Shown here: positions 18,770-27,373 of the stretch, piece by piece
Layout: the number at the start of each line of letters is the position of its first letter
How positions within the stretch are numbered: position 1 is the first letter of the stretch
DNA from: Candidatus Brocadiia bacterium
Lineage (GTDB): Bacteria > Planctomycetota > Brocadiia > SM23-32
Reading direction: 5' to 3'
Length of the DNA: 53,909 nt
Assembly (NCBI GenBank): GCA_046538485.1
Contig: JBKHIT010000032.1
Location: 1-53,909, forward strand
The notes under the pieces: generated by a model
The model's database searches: none
What the model saw: the letters and a program-made list of their open reading frames with translations, nothing else
Told to the model about the DNA's origin: nothing
Made by a program: the position numbers and the translations under genes

Positions 18770-19795
18770 TTAACAGATTTGGTGAGCTACGAGACAGCGC
18801 AGGAAAGCCAGGCGATTGATCCGGCCAAGGTATTCGCTGAAGAATGAGAAGATAAAATACGCCAGGACGGTTGCTACAGCCAACCAGATCACGACGCTTG
18901 CGACGACCGTGAGACGGGAACTGCAGGATTCGGCCTGCTCTCCGTGTGTGCGCGCCAGTAAATCGAGCTGTTCTACAATTCGACCGCTTTCTTCTCCTGT
19001 ATACAGTATTTCCAGGTCGCTCTGGGAGAACATCCCCGTCTCACGCAGCGAAGCGGTAAGAGTTGACCCTTTCTCGATTGATTTCACGGCTTTCTCTCCG
19101 CATTTTGCGAACGCATTGCTGCCCGCCGCATCGAAGGCGCGCTGAACCGCCTCGCCAACGGGAAGGGCGGCCTCAAGCATCAAGCTCAGGACCATATGGA
19201 ATCGGGCGAGAGCCCGGTGAAGGAAGACCTTTCCCAAAAGCGGTAGACGCAGGAGAATGCGGTTTATCACGCCGATTTGCCCGAGGCTTTTACCCAAGAG
19301 CCAGAACAACGCCAGTGCGCTAAGGGGAATGCCGTATCCGATCAGCGGGACCATCAGAACAGGGGCGTGGCTCTGATTGAGGATTCTGCGTACATACGCG
19401 ACGATTGTGAGGACGAGAATTGCGAGGAGGTACTGGATGAGGGGCCAGGCGATTGCGGCGAGAAAACTGCGACGTATACGGCGACGAAACGCGTAAAAGT
19501 CCGCGAGTTCGTCCAGCATGCGATCCAGCACGCCGCTTCTCTCGCCGGCTTCAACCAATTGGAGCAGGAGGGAGGGGAATATATTTTGAGCGCGCAAAGC
19601 CTCTGTCAACGATCGCCCGTTGCTGACGAGTTCGGCGGCCTGGTTGCTTGCCTTTTGTAAAGAGGAGGAAGGATTTTCTCGCCCTGCGGCACGGAGCGCT
19701 CGCTCAGCAGGCACACCGCTTTCAAGGAGAGTGCTGAGAGACGAGCAAAAAACAAACAAGGTGTTGTTGGTCAATACGGTTCCTTTTCGGGCCAC
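18770..19795 (-). CDS. Type II secretion / type IV pilus platform protein (GspF/PilC family)
   Basis: Two repeats LSTLLESGVP...AGERSGVL and LMLEAALP...GEESGRI with three TM helices. Confidence 0.88.
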   Translation of the reverse strand: MARKGTVLTNNTLFVFCSSLSTLLESGVPAERALRAAGRENPSSSLQKASNQAAELVSNGRSLTEALRAQNIFPSLLLQLVEAGERSGVLDRMLDELADFYAFRRRIRRSFLAAIAWPLIQYLLAILVLTIVAYVRRILNQSHAPVLMVPLIGYGIPLSALALFWLLGKSLGQIGVINRILLRLPLLGKVFLHRALARFHMVLSLMLEAALPVGEAVQRAFDAAGSNAFAKCGEKAVKSIEKGSTLTASLRETGMFSQSDLEILYTGEESGRIVEQLDLLARTHGEQAESCSSRLTVVASVVIWLAVATVLAYFIFSFFSEYLGRINRLAFLRCLVAHQIC

Positions 19796-19808
19796 AGATC
19801 GGCAGAGT

Positions 19809-20201
19809 TCATTTGTTCGCCGCGGTGTCCTCAGCTACCGCATGGGCTATTGCATACTCGCGGTCGTGGGAAAGGCTGATATGGATCTGGGTTACACCGA
19901 GCTGTTTACTTATCTCTTTACTCCGGCCGGTCAGCGCAATGGACGGAGCGCCGAGGCTATCGTTAGAGACCTCCACATCGTGGAAACGCGTTCCGTTTTG
20001 CCAGCCGACACCGAGCGCTTTGAGGACTGCCTCCTTGGCGGCGAACCGGGTAGCGTAACGTTCAGCGGGGCGAGCACAGCGGCGGCAATAACTAATTTCA
20101 TCTTCTGAATAAACGCGGTTGAGGAATCGCTCGCCGTGTTCTTCGACGATACGTTTGACCCGGCTTACTTTTATGATGTCGACGCCCACGCCCACGATCA
20201 T
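19809..20201 (-). CDS. acpS: Holo-[acyl-carrier-protein] synthase
   Basis: IVGVGVDI, RFAAKEAVLKALG, GAP, ISLSHD. AGGAG RBS before ATG 20201 (alternative start 20249). Confidence 0.95.
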   Translation of the reverse strand: MIVGVGVDIIKVSRVKRIVEEHGERFLNRVYSEDEISYCRRCARPAERYATRFAAKEAVLKALGVGWQNGTRFHDVEVSNDSLGAPSIALTGRSKEISKQLGVTQIHISLSHDREYAIAHAVAEDTAANK

Positions 20202-20264
20202 TGGGGACTCCTTTCCGGGCAACGTTTCTGTCGACTGCGGATTTGACATCTGCTGTTGGGTCGG

Positions 20265-21362
20265 TCAATCCTCGTCGGAATCCCCATCGTCTTCCTTATC
20301 TTTTTCGTCCTGTTTTTCTTCGGGGATGCCGAGTTCCTCGCGTCGTTTTTTGGCGAGACGGGGGGTTTTTTCATCGAGAATTTTAAGTTCTATTTCCTGT
20401 GCAGTGTCCGGGTTTTCTTCCAGGAATTGGCGGGAGTTTTCCCGTCCCTGGCCCAGTTTCATGTCGCCGTAAGAGTACCAGGAGCCCGCTTTGTCGATGA
20501 TGCCGGATTCTTCTCCAAGTTCGAGCAAATCGCCTTCGCGAGACAGGCCGCAACGGAAAAGTAAGTCGGCTTCACAGCGCTTGAACGGGGGAGCTACTTT
20601 GTTTTTAGCCACTTTCAAACGGACGCGATTTCCGACCGTTTCGTTGCCGTCTTTCAGGCTGCCGATGCGCCGTATTTCGATACGGACAGCGCTGTAGAAT
20701 TTGAGCGCTCTGCCGCCGGGGGTAGTTTCGGGTGAGCCGAACATAACCCCGATCTTCATGCGGATTTGGTTGATGAACAAAACGGTCGTGCGCGACTTCG
20801 AAATGGCAGAAGCCAGTTTCCTGAGTGCCCGGGACATTAGACGCGCCTGAAGCCCGATTGTCTGATCGCCCATCTCGCCTTCGACTTCTTCGCGCGGTAC
20901 AAGGGCGGCCACTGAATCGACGACCACGATGTCAAGGGCGTTGCTACGCACGAGGGATTCCAGGACATCGAGAGCTTGTTCCGCCGCATCGGGTTGGTGG
21001 ATGAGCAGGTTCTCCATGTCGACGCCCAGGTTCTCGGCATATTCCGGGTCCAGAGCGTGCTCGGCATCGACAAACGCGGCTATTCCTCCGGCTTTCTGGG
21101 CTTGTGAGACAATTTGGAGGGCGAGAGTTGTTTTTCCTGATGCTTCCGGGCCGTAGACTTCAACCACCCGTCCTCGCGGGACCCCGCCGATACCCAGAGC
21201 AAGATCCAGCGCGAGCGACCCGGTCGGTATCGCGTCAACTCCTACTCGTGCTTCCGCGTCACCAAGTGTCTGAATTGTTCCCTTACCATACTGTTTTTCA
21301 AGTTGCTGTACGGTTCTATCAAGAGCTTTTTTGCGTTCCGTCTCCTCATTTTTCTTGGCCAT
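20265..21362 (-). CDS. recA: Recombinase A
   Basis: [65 protein letters not shown] supports ATG 21362. Confidence 0.98.
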   Translation of the reverse strand: MAKKNEETERKKALDRTVQQLEKQYGKGTIQTLGDAEARVGVDAIPTGSLALDLALGIGGVPRGRVVEVYGPEASGKTTLALQIVSQAQKAGGIAAFVDAEHALDPEYAENLGVDMENLLIHQPDAAEQALDVLESLVRSNALDIVVVDSVAALVPREEVEGEMGDQTIGLQARLMSRALRKLASAISKSRTTVLFINQIRMKIGVMFGSPETTPGGRALKFYSAVRIEIRRIGSLKDGNETVGNRVRLKVAKNKVAPPFKRCEADLLFRCGLSREGDLLELGEESGIIDKAGSWYSYGDMKLGQGRENSRQFLEENPDTAQEIELKILDEKTPRLAKKRREELGIPEEKQDEKDKEDDGDSDED

Positions 21363-21584
21363 TGCCACTCCTCAAAGGTTGCGGAAAGCCTCCCGATCCG
21401 TCATGCTTGATATTGTAAGCAAGCTCAACTCCCGGGTTAGCCTCCGGGCGAATGTGGTCCGCCCGAGCTGAATCTAATTTGTGTTTTCGCATCCGGATCG
21501 TGCTACAATTTGCAGCACATTGAGAAGTAAGCTGCGCAACAATATCAAAGCGTTCAGGACCATCGGCCTGTGCCTACCAAATAA

Positions 21585-21604
21585 ACTGCAGAATATTGTA
21601 CAGT
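21585..21604. promoter_or_regulatory. Imperfect 20-bp palindrome, candidate operator between recA and the divergent operon
   Basis: ACTGCAGAATATTGTACAGT; 8 of 10 positions pair. Confidence 0.35.
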
Positions 21605-21641
21605 GGAATCCAAGTTTTGTAAAAGGCACGGTATCAGCATT

Positions 21642-21670
21642 TTGACAGGATACCGGTTATTTGATATAAG
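21642..21670 (+). promoter_or_regulatory. sigma70-type promoter for the ABC module operon
   Basis: TTGACA-17 bp-TATAAG, then GGAGG (21693-21697) and ATG 21707. Confidence 0.7.
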
Positions 21671-21706
21671 CATGGGTTAAATCCCGCCCTATGGAGGTTG
21701 CCTTTT

Positions 21707-24331
21707 ATGCTTCATCGGCGCAAGCTTCCCGCATTTGCCCTGATTGCGCTCATTTTGTCCGCTGGATACCTTTGCGCAAAGCCCAAGCCCAAGTTCGTGC
21801 ATGGCTACGCATTGGGGCACGCGTATATATATCGGCAGTGGACCACTGTTATCTTGAATGTCGAGAATGAGGGGGATGAATCAATCCATCTCGACGCGGT
21901 TTTGACTGTCGGGGAAGGTCAGGACGAAGTCAACTACCGCAAGCATTTGTATCTCCCGGCGAACTGCGAACGCTCTCTCTGGTTTTATTGCCAGCTTGGC
22001 AAGGAAAAGGCCTATGAGGGGAAGCTGATGACAAAAGATGGGCGGGTGGTTTCTTCAGGAAAAGAATGGTCGAACGTGCTTTCATGGACGCGGCTGTTGG
22101 TACTCTCGCTGGACCGGGATCGGATGCTTCCAAAGTTGAATCTTTATCTGGCCCGTCGTCAGTCCCGTTCTACGTCTTCCGAGCTGAAATTGCCGGGAGA
22201 GAAATCTTCTGAGGGCACGAAGAAGGAAGAAGGTGAGGAAGGGCAGGGACCGGTTTCCTCACCTTCTTTCACGAGTCTGCCGGCCAATGTGAGGCGCCCG
22301 GCCACACTCGGCACCCGATTGCGGAAATTCCCGGACCACTGGGCCGGGCTCGATAGCATGAGCGCGGTAGCTTTGGGCGATCTCGATTATGCGGAATGGC
22401 GTCCGAGCCAGGCGCAGGCGCTCGATACGTGGCTGCTGAGTGGGGGCGTGCTTCTACTCTTTCCCGGTGCTCAATGGGAATCGCTGAGGAATTCCAGGAT
22501 TTCAGAGTGGCTGCCGGTGAACATCCTCGGTATGCGCAAACAGAACAAGCTCCATTTGGAAGGCGATTATGGCTCGTGGGATGTGACGTTGAAGGGACCG
22601 GAGACGGCCGCCTATCCAGACGGGAAACCGATGTATGTGAACGTGCTCGAGACGGAGCTTGCGGATGGGGAATTGTTGCTTTCTGATGGCAGTCGGCCGA
22701 TGCTCGTGAAGAAACAGGTGGGGATGGGAGCCGTTTATTTTTTTGCTTTTCCGGGTCAGGCTCTGGATCAGTGGGAACAACGTGGCGCCATTTTGTCGCG
22801 CATCCTTCGCCGCCACGAACGGCTTAAACCCTTTGCGCAAAGCGGTTTGTTGCAAAAGGGGCCTGATATGGTCGACGAAGTAGCTGGTGCGGAAGTTGCT
22901 CCGCCCAGCTTTGTGATCGCTACGCTGGGAAGTTTCTTTCTCGTTGCCTCCATCTCGTTGCTGGTGGCTCATCTGAAAAAACGGACGGAACTGGCGTGGG
23001 CTGTAATTATCCCGGCCGGTATCGGGATCGGCGTGGCCTCGTATTTCGTCGGCTTGTCTTATCATAAGAAAGTCGGTCTCTCCCTGAATGAAATTGCTGT
23101 TCTCTCAACGAGTTCCGGTTCCCCAAAAGCGTTTCGCAGCGGTGTGCTTGGTGTTCATACGGTGGATACTCTTCGTGGGGAAATGGTGGCGGGGGATGAA
23201 GGCGTCCTGTTCACGACTATCGGCGAGAAAAAGAAGGCCGGAGGCGAGGTCTCAACAGATTTTATCGATGTTGCCCCTACCTTCCGCGCACGCAACCTCA
23301 AAATTGAGGGTGGGGCGATGCCGCGGTATGTGGTTGATTCCGTCGTTGATCTCGAGAGGGGCATCGCCACCGAGCTGCAATTGGGACCGGAGGGAGTTAC
23401 CGGGACGGTTACAAATCATACTCCTCTGGATCTCCGCAACTGTCGGTTCGTTGTCAATTCATACCCATTTGAAGTGGGCGATCTGCCGCGTGAGGGAAGC
23501 ACGTCTGTGACGTTGTCGGACGCCAGCGTCGGGAAACGGCTGTTGGTTGCGCCGAGGCGTGACGATATTTACAAAAACCTCCGGGACCGTAGAAAAAAAG
23601 AGACCGAAGAGGCAATCGATACGAATGCGATGTTTGGCGGACGCGGAATGACGCGCAAATTGATCGTCCAACATCTTTTCACACCGGCGCGTCGCCAGCA
23701 TTTCACCCCGTGGAGCGAGCGCCTTTTCCTTCTGGGATGGCCTCCCCCGGATAAAAATTTCATCTCGGAGCGTATCGAAGGTATTGACGAAAAACCGGTG
23801 AAAAGGAGTATTTCGCTGGTGTGCTCCGAGACCCCGATCCGGAGAGCTCCTCCCGGGGAGAAAGTTTCCATTTCACGGGCATTTTGTTCGCCGGCGATCC
23901 AGCTACCGCACAGTAAAAGCACACCGATTGAGTTGAGCAGTTTCATCGGCGATACAATGCAGCCAGACACGAAAATGATCTTCTACATTCCCGATTTTGC
24001 GTCTAACGTGGAAGCAGAAAGTGCGACGATCCGAATTCTCGCCAGCGCGTACGGCAAGGAAATTATTGTGAGTGGTATTGAGCAGAGTTCTGGGCGGCCA
24101 GTAGAGTTGGCGAGACTGATGAACCCCACTGAGTGGGAAAGCATTGAGGTCGAGAACGCGAGCCGGTTTCAAAACCGTCTGCGGGGCACGATGGAATTTC
24201 AGCTCAATGCGAAGCTGAGAAAACAAATCAGCCCCGAGGAAGCTAATGAATTTAGCGGTCCACTGGGCGCGCATAGCTGGAGTCTGAGGCGAGCCACCCT
24301 TTCGTTGCAAGGGAAAACTCAAAGCAGATAA
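21707..24331 (+). CDS. Large exported/membrane-anchored ABC-associated protein (GATase-like central domain, 2 TM, C-terminal extracytoplasmic region)
   Basis: Signal peptide; QAQALDTWLLSGGVLLL...WLPV and VKKQVGMGAV motifs; TM pair ...KKRTELAWAVIIP; first gene upstream of the ABC ATPase and permease. Confidence 0.75.
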   Translation: MLHRRKLPAFALIALILSAGYLCAKPKPKFVHGYALGHAYIYRQWTTVILNVENEGDESIHLDAVLTVGEGQDEVNYRKHLYLPANCERSLWFYCQLGKEKAYEGKLMTKDGRVVSSGKEWSNVLSWTRLLVLSLDRDRMLPKLNLYLARRQSRSTSSELKLPGEKSSEGTKKEEGEEGQGPVSSPSFTSLPANVRRPATLGTRLRKFPDHWAGLDSMSAVALGDLDYAEWRPSQAQALDTWLLSGGVLLLFPGAQWESLRNSRISEWLPVNILGMRKQNKLHLEGDYGSWDVTLKGPETAAYPDGKPMYVNVLETELADGELLLSDGSRPMLVKKQVGMGAVYFFAFPGQALDQWEQRGAILSRILRRHERLKPFAQSGLLQKGPDMVDEVAGAEVAPPSFVIATLGSFFLVASISLLVAHLKKRTELAWAVIIPAGIGIGVASYFVGLSYHKKVGLSLNEIAVLSTSSGSPKAFRSGVLGVHTVDTLRGEMVAGDEGVLFTTIGEKKKAGGEVSTDFIDVAPTFRARNLKIEGGAMPRYVVDSVVDLERGIATELQLGPEGVTGTVTNHTPLDLRNCRFVVNSYPFEVGDLPREGSTSVTLSDASVGKRLLVAPRRDDIYKNLRDRRKKETEEAIDTNAMFGGRGMTRKLIVQHLFTPARRQHFTPWSERLFLLGWPPPDKNFISERIEGIDEKPVKRSISLVCSETPIRRAPPGEKVSISRAFCSPAIQLPHSKSTPIELSSFIGDTMQPDTKMIFYIPDFASNVEAESATIRILASAYGKEIIVSGIEQSSGRPVELARLMNPTEWESIEVENASRFQNRLRGTMEFQLNAKLRKQISPEEANEFSGPLGAHSWSLRRATLSLQGKTQSR

Positions 24332-24381
24332 GATTCACAACCGTAGCCGGGATATTTCACTGTTTTTCGGGTAAAAGGAAA

Positions 24382-25335
24382 ATGATAAGAACCGATAAAC
24401 TCACCAAGTATTACGGTGATTTTTGTGCCCTCAAGGATCTGACGATCAATATAGAGAAGGGAAGTATTTTCGGCTATATCGGCCCCAATGGTGCGGGGAA
24501 AACGACTACGATCCGCATACTGGCTGCCTTGATGAAGCCGAGCAGTGGTTCGGCTTACATGGATGAAGTTGAAGTGACGAGTAATCCCCGCAGGATAAAA
24601 GAGATGGTCGGTTACCTGCCGGATTTTTTCGGGGTCTACGAAGGAATGCGAGTGCTGGAATATCTGGATTTTTTTGGTGCGGCATTCAAGATTCCGCGCG
24701 GCAAAAGAAAGAAAAGGATCGCCGAAGTTCTGGAAACCACCGGAAGCACCTACATGGAAGATATGTTCGTTGAAGCGCTGAGCCGCGGGATGAAACAGAG
24801 AGTGGGTATTGCGCGGACCTTGATTCATGATCCAAGGGTTCTGCTCTTAGATGAACCGCTGAGTGGACTCGATCCCAGCGCTCGGGTGGAGATGAAAAAC
24901 CTGCTGGGAAAACTCGGTCAGATGGGGAAGACGATACTGGTTTCAAGCCATATTCTGCCAGAACTGGCCGCAATATGTGATACAGTCGGCATCCTGGACC
25001 AGGGTAGCCTCCATGCGTTTGGGCCCGTCGATGAGGTTATGCGAGGGATAAGGCAGTCCCGCATCGTGAGGATCTCGGTTCTCGATGATCTCGAAGGGGT
25101 TGCATCTTTACTGAGGAAACTCGGGGAGAATTCTGGTATCGATCAGGTGCAGGTCGAAGCCGGAGATGTCCGTTTTGAATGGAGCGCAACGGAAAAGGAA
25201 CTTTCCAACCTGCTCGCCCTTCTCGTCGAGAAGGGTTTTCAGATCATCGGATTCGAAGAAGTGCCGATGAGCCTTGAGGAAGCGTTTATGGAGCTGACTG
25301 CCAGCAAGGAAGCCCAGGTTGAGGGCCAGAAGTAA
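24382..25335 (+). CDS. ABC transporter ATP-binding protein (ABC-2 type)
   Basis: GPNGAGKTT, LSRGMKQR, LLLDEP, SSH. Confidence 0.95.
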   Translation: MIRTDKLTKYYGDFCALKDLTINIEKGSIFGYIGPNGAGKTTTIRILAALMKPSSGSAYMDEVEVTSNPRRIKEMVGYLPDFFGVYEGMRVLEYLDFFGAAFKIPRGKRKKRIAEVLETTGSTYMEDMFVEALSRGMKQRVGIARTLIHDPRVLLLDEPLSGLDPSARVEMKNLLGKLGQMGKTILVSSHILPELAAICDTVGILDQGSLHAFGPVDEVMRGIRQSRIVRISVLDDLEGVASLLRKLGENSGIDQVQVEAGDVRFEWSATEKELSNLLALLVEKGFQIIGFEEVPMSLEEAFMELTASKEAQVEGQK

Positions 25336-25350
25336 AGGGAGTCTTGTGCT

Positions 25351-27060
25351 ATGCCTTTGAGACCGGTCAAACGCGGATTGGCGCAGAAAGTGAAAGACCA
25401 GCTGCTGCCCCCGCTGTTTTTTAAAGATGTAAAAATGGGGCTGCGTAAGAAACGCGCGGCGATTCTCCAGCTTATTTTCCTGGGCTCTTGTTTCCTGGCC
25501 GCCTGGGCCGTCTGGCCAAAAGAAGGGGTCTACTCACAGAATTCGCAGAACGCCCATCACCTGTTCACCGTTCTGGGCTTCGGACAGCTCGGGTTGGTGG
25601 CGTTGTTCGCACCAGCCTTTACAAGTCCGGCGTTTACGATGGAAAAGGAGCGGAACACTTTCGACCTGATCTATGGAACACATATGAGCCCGTTCGCGAT
25701 TGTGTGGGGCAAGGTTTCAGGGGCTATTACTTTCCTGCTGCTTGTGATTCTGTCCAGCATACCGGTAGTGAGCGTTTGTCTGGTTCTTGGCGGTATTAGT
25801 TATGTTGAAGTGGGGTGGTTTTACGTTGTACTCGTATTGACCGCCTTATTCTTTGGGATGATCGGGCTGACGGTAAGCGCCCTCTCAGAAAAGACTTATG
25901 TGTCTGTAATCATCACATATATTATCATTGGACTTGTGGCTATTGGAGCCCTTCTTCCGTCGCTGTTTTTCATGCCGAAAGTGGGCGGAAACCTGAAGAC
26001 CGTTCTGCACTGGATTTGGTCCTGCAGCCCGTTGATCGCGACGGCCAACGTTGTGCAGGAAGGGCTTTTGTCACGGGTGAACAGTGGATTGGGCGGGTTG
26101 ACCGAGGCGCACCAGATATTTGCTGGATTTGCCGCCATCTGCAGTGTTTCCATGATGGCAGGTCTGTTTTTGCATCTGCGCAAATGTCCGGCTCCCAAGC
26201 CGCGTAGAGAACGCGTTATCGACGAAGCCATTACCGAACGGTTGTCAAAGTGGCCGTTTTATTTGATAAACCCGCGGGGTCATCGCCGTATGTTGGGTGC
26301 GATACTTAATCCGGTCTTTGTGAAGGAACTGCGAACAATGTTGTTCGGGCGTCTTGTTTACCTTGTGCGGGCATTCTATATTTGCGTGATTGTCTCTGTG
26401 GCTTTGATGCTTGTGGCCGCGATAGGTTCTTTTGTGTTCCCGATCCGTGCGATCGCAATTTTTACGGTCAGCTTTCAGATGGTTCTGATTTTGTTCCTCG
26501 GCCCGATTTTCAGCGCGCCGCTGATTTCGCGGGAAATTGAAAATGGGCACTTTGACCTGCTGAGGCTCACAAAATTGAGGAGCCTGAAAATCGTGGCCGG
26601 GAAGTTCGAGTCCGTGATTCTCCCGCTTGCTATTTTGATGGTCGCTACTTTGCCTCCTTACCTGATGCTTGGTTATGTGAAACCAGAGTTCGTACCCGGT
26701 ATATTGCGTAGCTCGGCGACTCTGTTGGTGACATTAATTTTTGTCTGCTCGGCTGGTATCTTTTTCAGCTCAATGTGTCGAAAAACTTCGAGCAGTATCG
26801 CGGGGACGTATACGATCGTTGTGCTTACCTGTGTGATGAGCTTGTTCGGCTTGCTTGCGGCCCAGAGCATTCATCCGGACGTTCTCCAGAAGATTTTTGT
26901 TATCAACCCTGTTGTCACGATGTTGAGTGAAACGGCGCTTACGGACCTGAGAGAAACATACGATCTGTGGTTGCCGAATCTGTATATATTGGGCGGCTCA
27001 ATTGTCGTTTTGCTTTTTGTGGCCTCTCTGCGCGTGGCCATGCTCGTTCGGCCGAGATGA
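25351..27060 (+). CDS. ABC-2 type permease with two tandem membrane domains
   Basis: Duplicated motifs FTMEKERNTFDL...IVWGK and ISREIENGHFDLL...IVAGK; about 12 TM. Confidence 0.88.
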   Translation: MPLRPVKRGLAQKVKDQLLPPLFFKDVKMGLRKKRAAILQLIFLGSCFLAAWAVWPKEGVYSQNSQNAHHLFTVLGFGQLGLVALFAPAFTSPAFTMEKERNTFDLIYGTHMSPFAIVWGKVSGAITFLLLVILSSIPVVSVCLVLGGISYVEVGWFYVVLVLTALFFGMIGLTVSALSEKTYVSVIITYIIIGLVAIGALLPSLFFMPKVGGNLKTVLHWIWSCSPLIATANVVQEGLLSRVNSGLGGLTEAHQIFAGFAAICSVSMMAGLFLHLRKCPAPKPRRERVIDEAITERLSKWPFYLINPRGHRRMLGAILNPVFVKELRTMLFGRLVYLVRAFYICVIVSVALMLVAAIGSFVFPIRAIAIFTVSFQMVLILFLGPIFSAPLISREIENGHFDLLRLTKLRSLKIVAGKFESVILPLAILMVATLPPYLMLGYVKPEFVPGILRSSATLLVTLIFVCSAGIFFSSMCRKTSSSIAGTYTIVVLTCVMSLFGLLAAQSIHPDVLQKIFVINPVVTMLSETALTDLRETYDLWLPNLYILGGSIVVLLFVASLRVAMLVRPR

Positions 27061-27373
27061 GGTGCGCAAATGCCGCCGATACCCCATATTTCTTGCAAAC
27101 GCTGTTTTCAGTAGTTAGTCTATAGTGGCAGATGCGGGTGTACCGGCTGGAGTTGTCGATTCTGTCCCCGGCCCCGTTTTGATTGTGGAATCGCCTTCTG
27201 AGGAGATCTTTTGGGCGCACTTTTTTTGCCCCAAACTGCCGGGTGTTTTGAGTGCCCCGGCGGGAATTTTATCTCGATGGCTTCGTGGAAGTGGCGAATG
27301 ATCCGGCCGTTCGCTGGTAATCGCATATCGTGTAGTGTTGTTGTGACTGGTCGGCAGGGATGGTTGCGAAGTA

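Noticed and set aside
17723..18847. 374-aa plus-strand ORF
   Set aside because: Antisense shadow of the DUF58 gene.
27083..27097. CCCATATTTCTTGCA, a partial match to the IS1380-like ends
   Set aside because: Only about 10/14 match and I found no partner end or interior homology.
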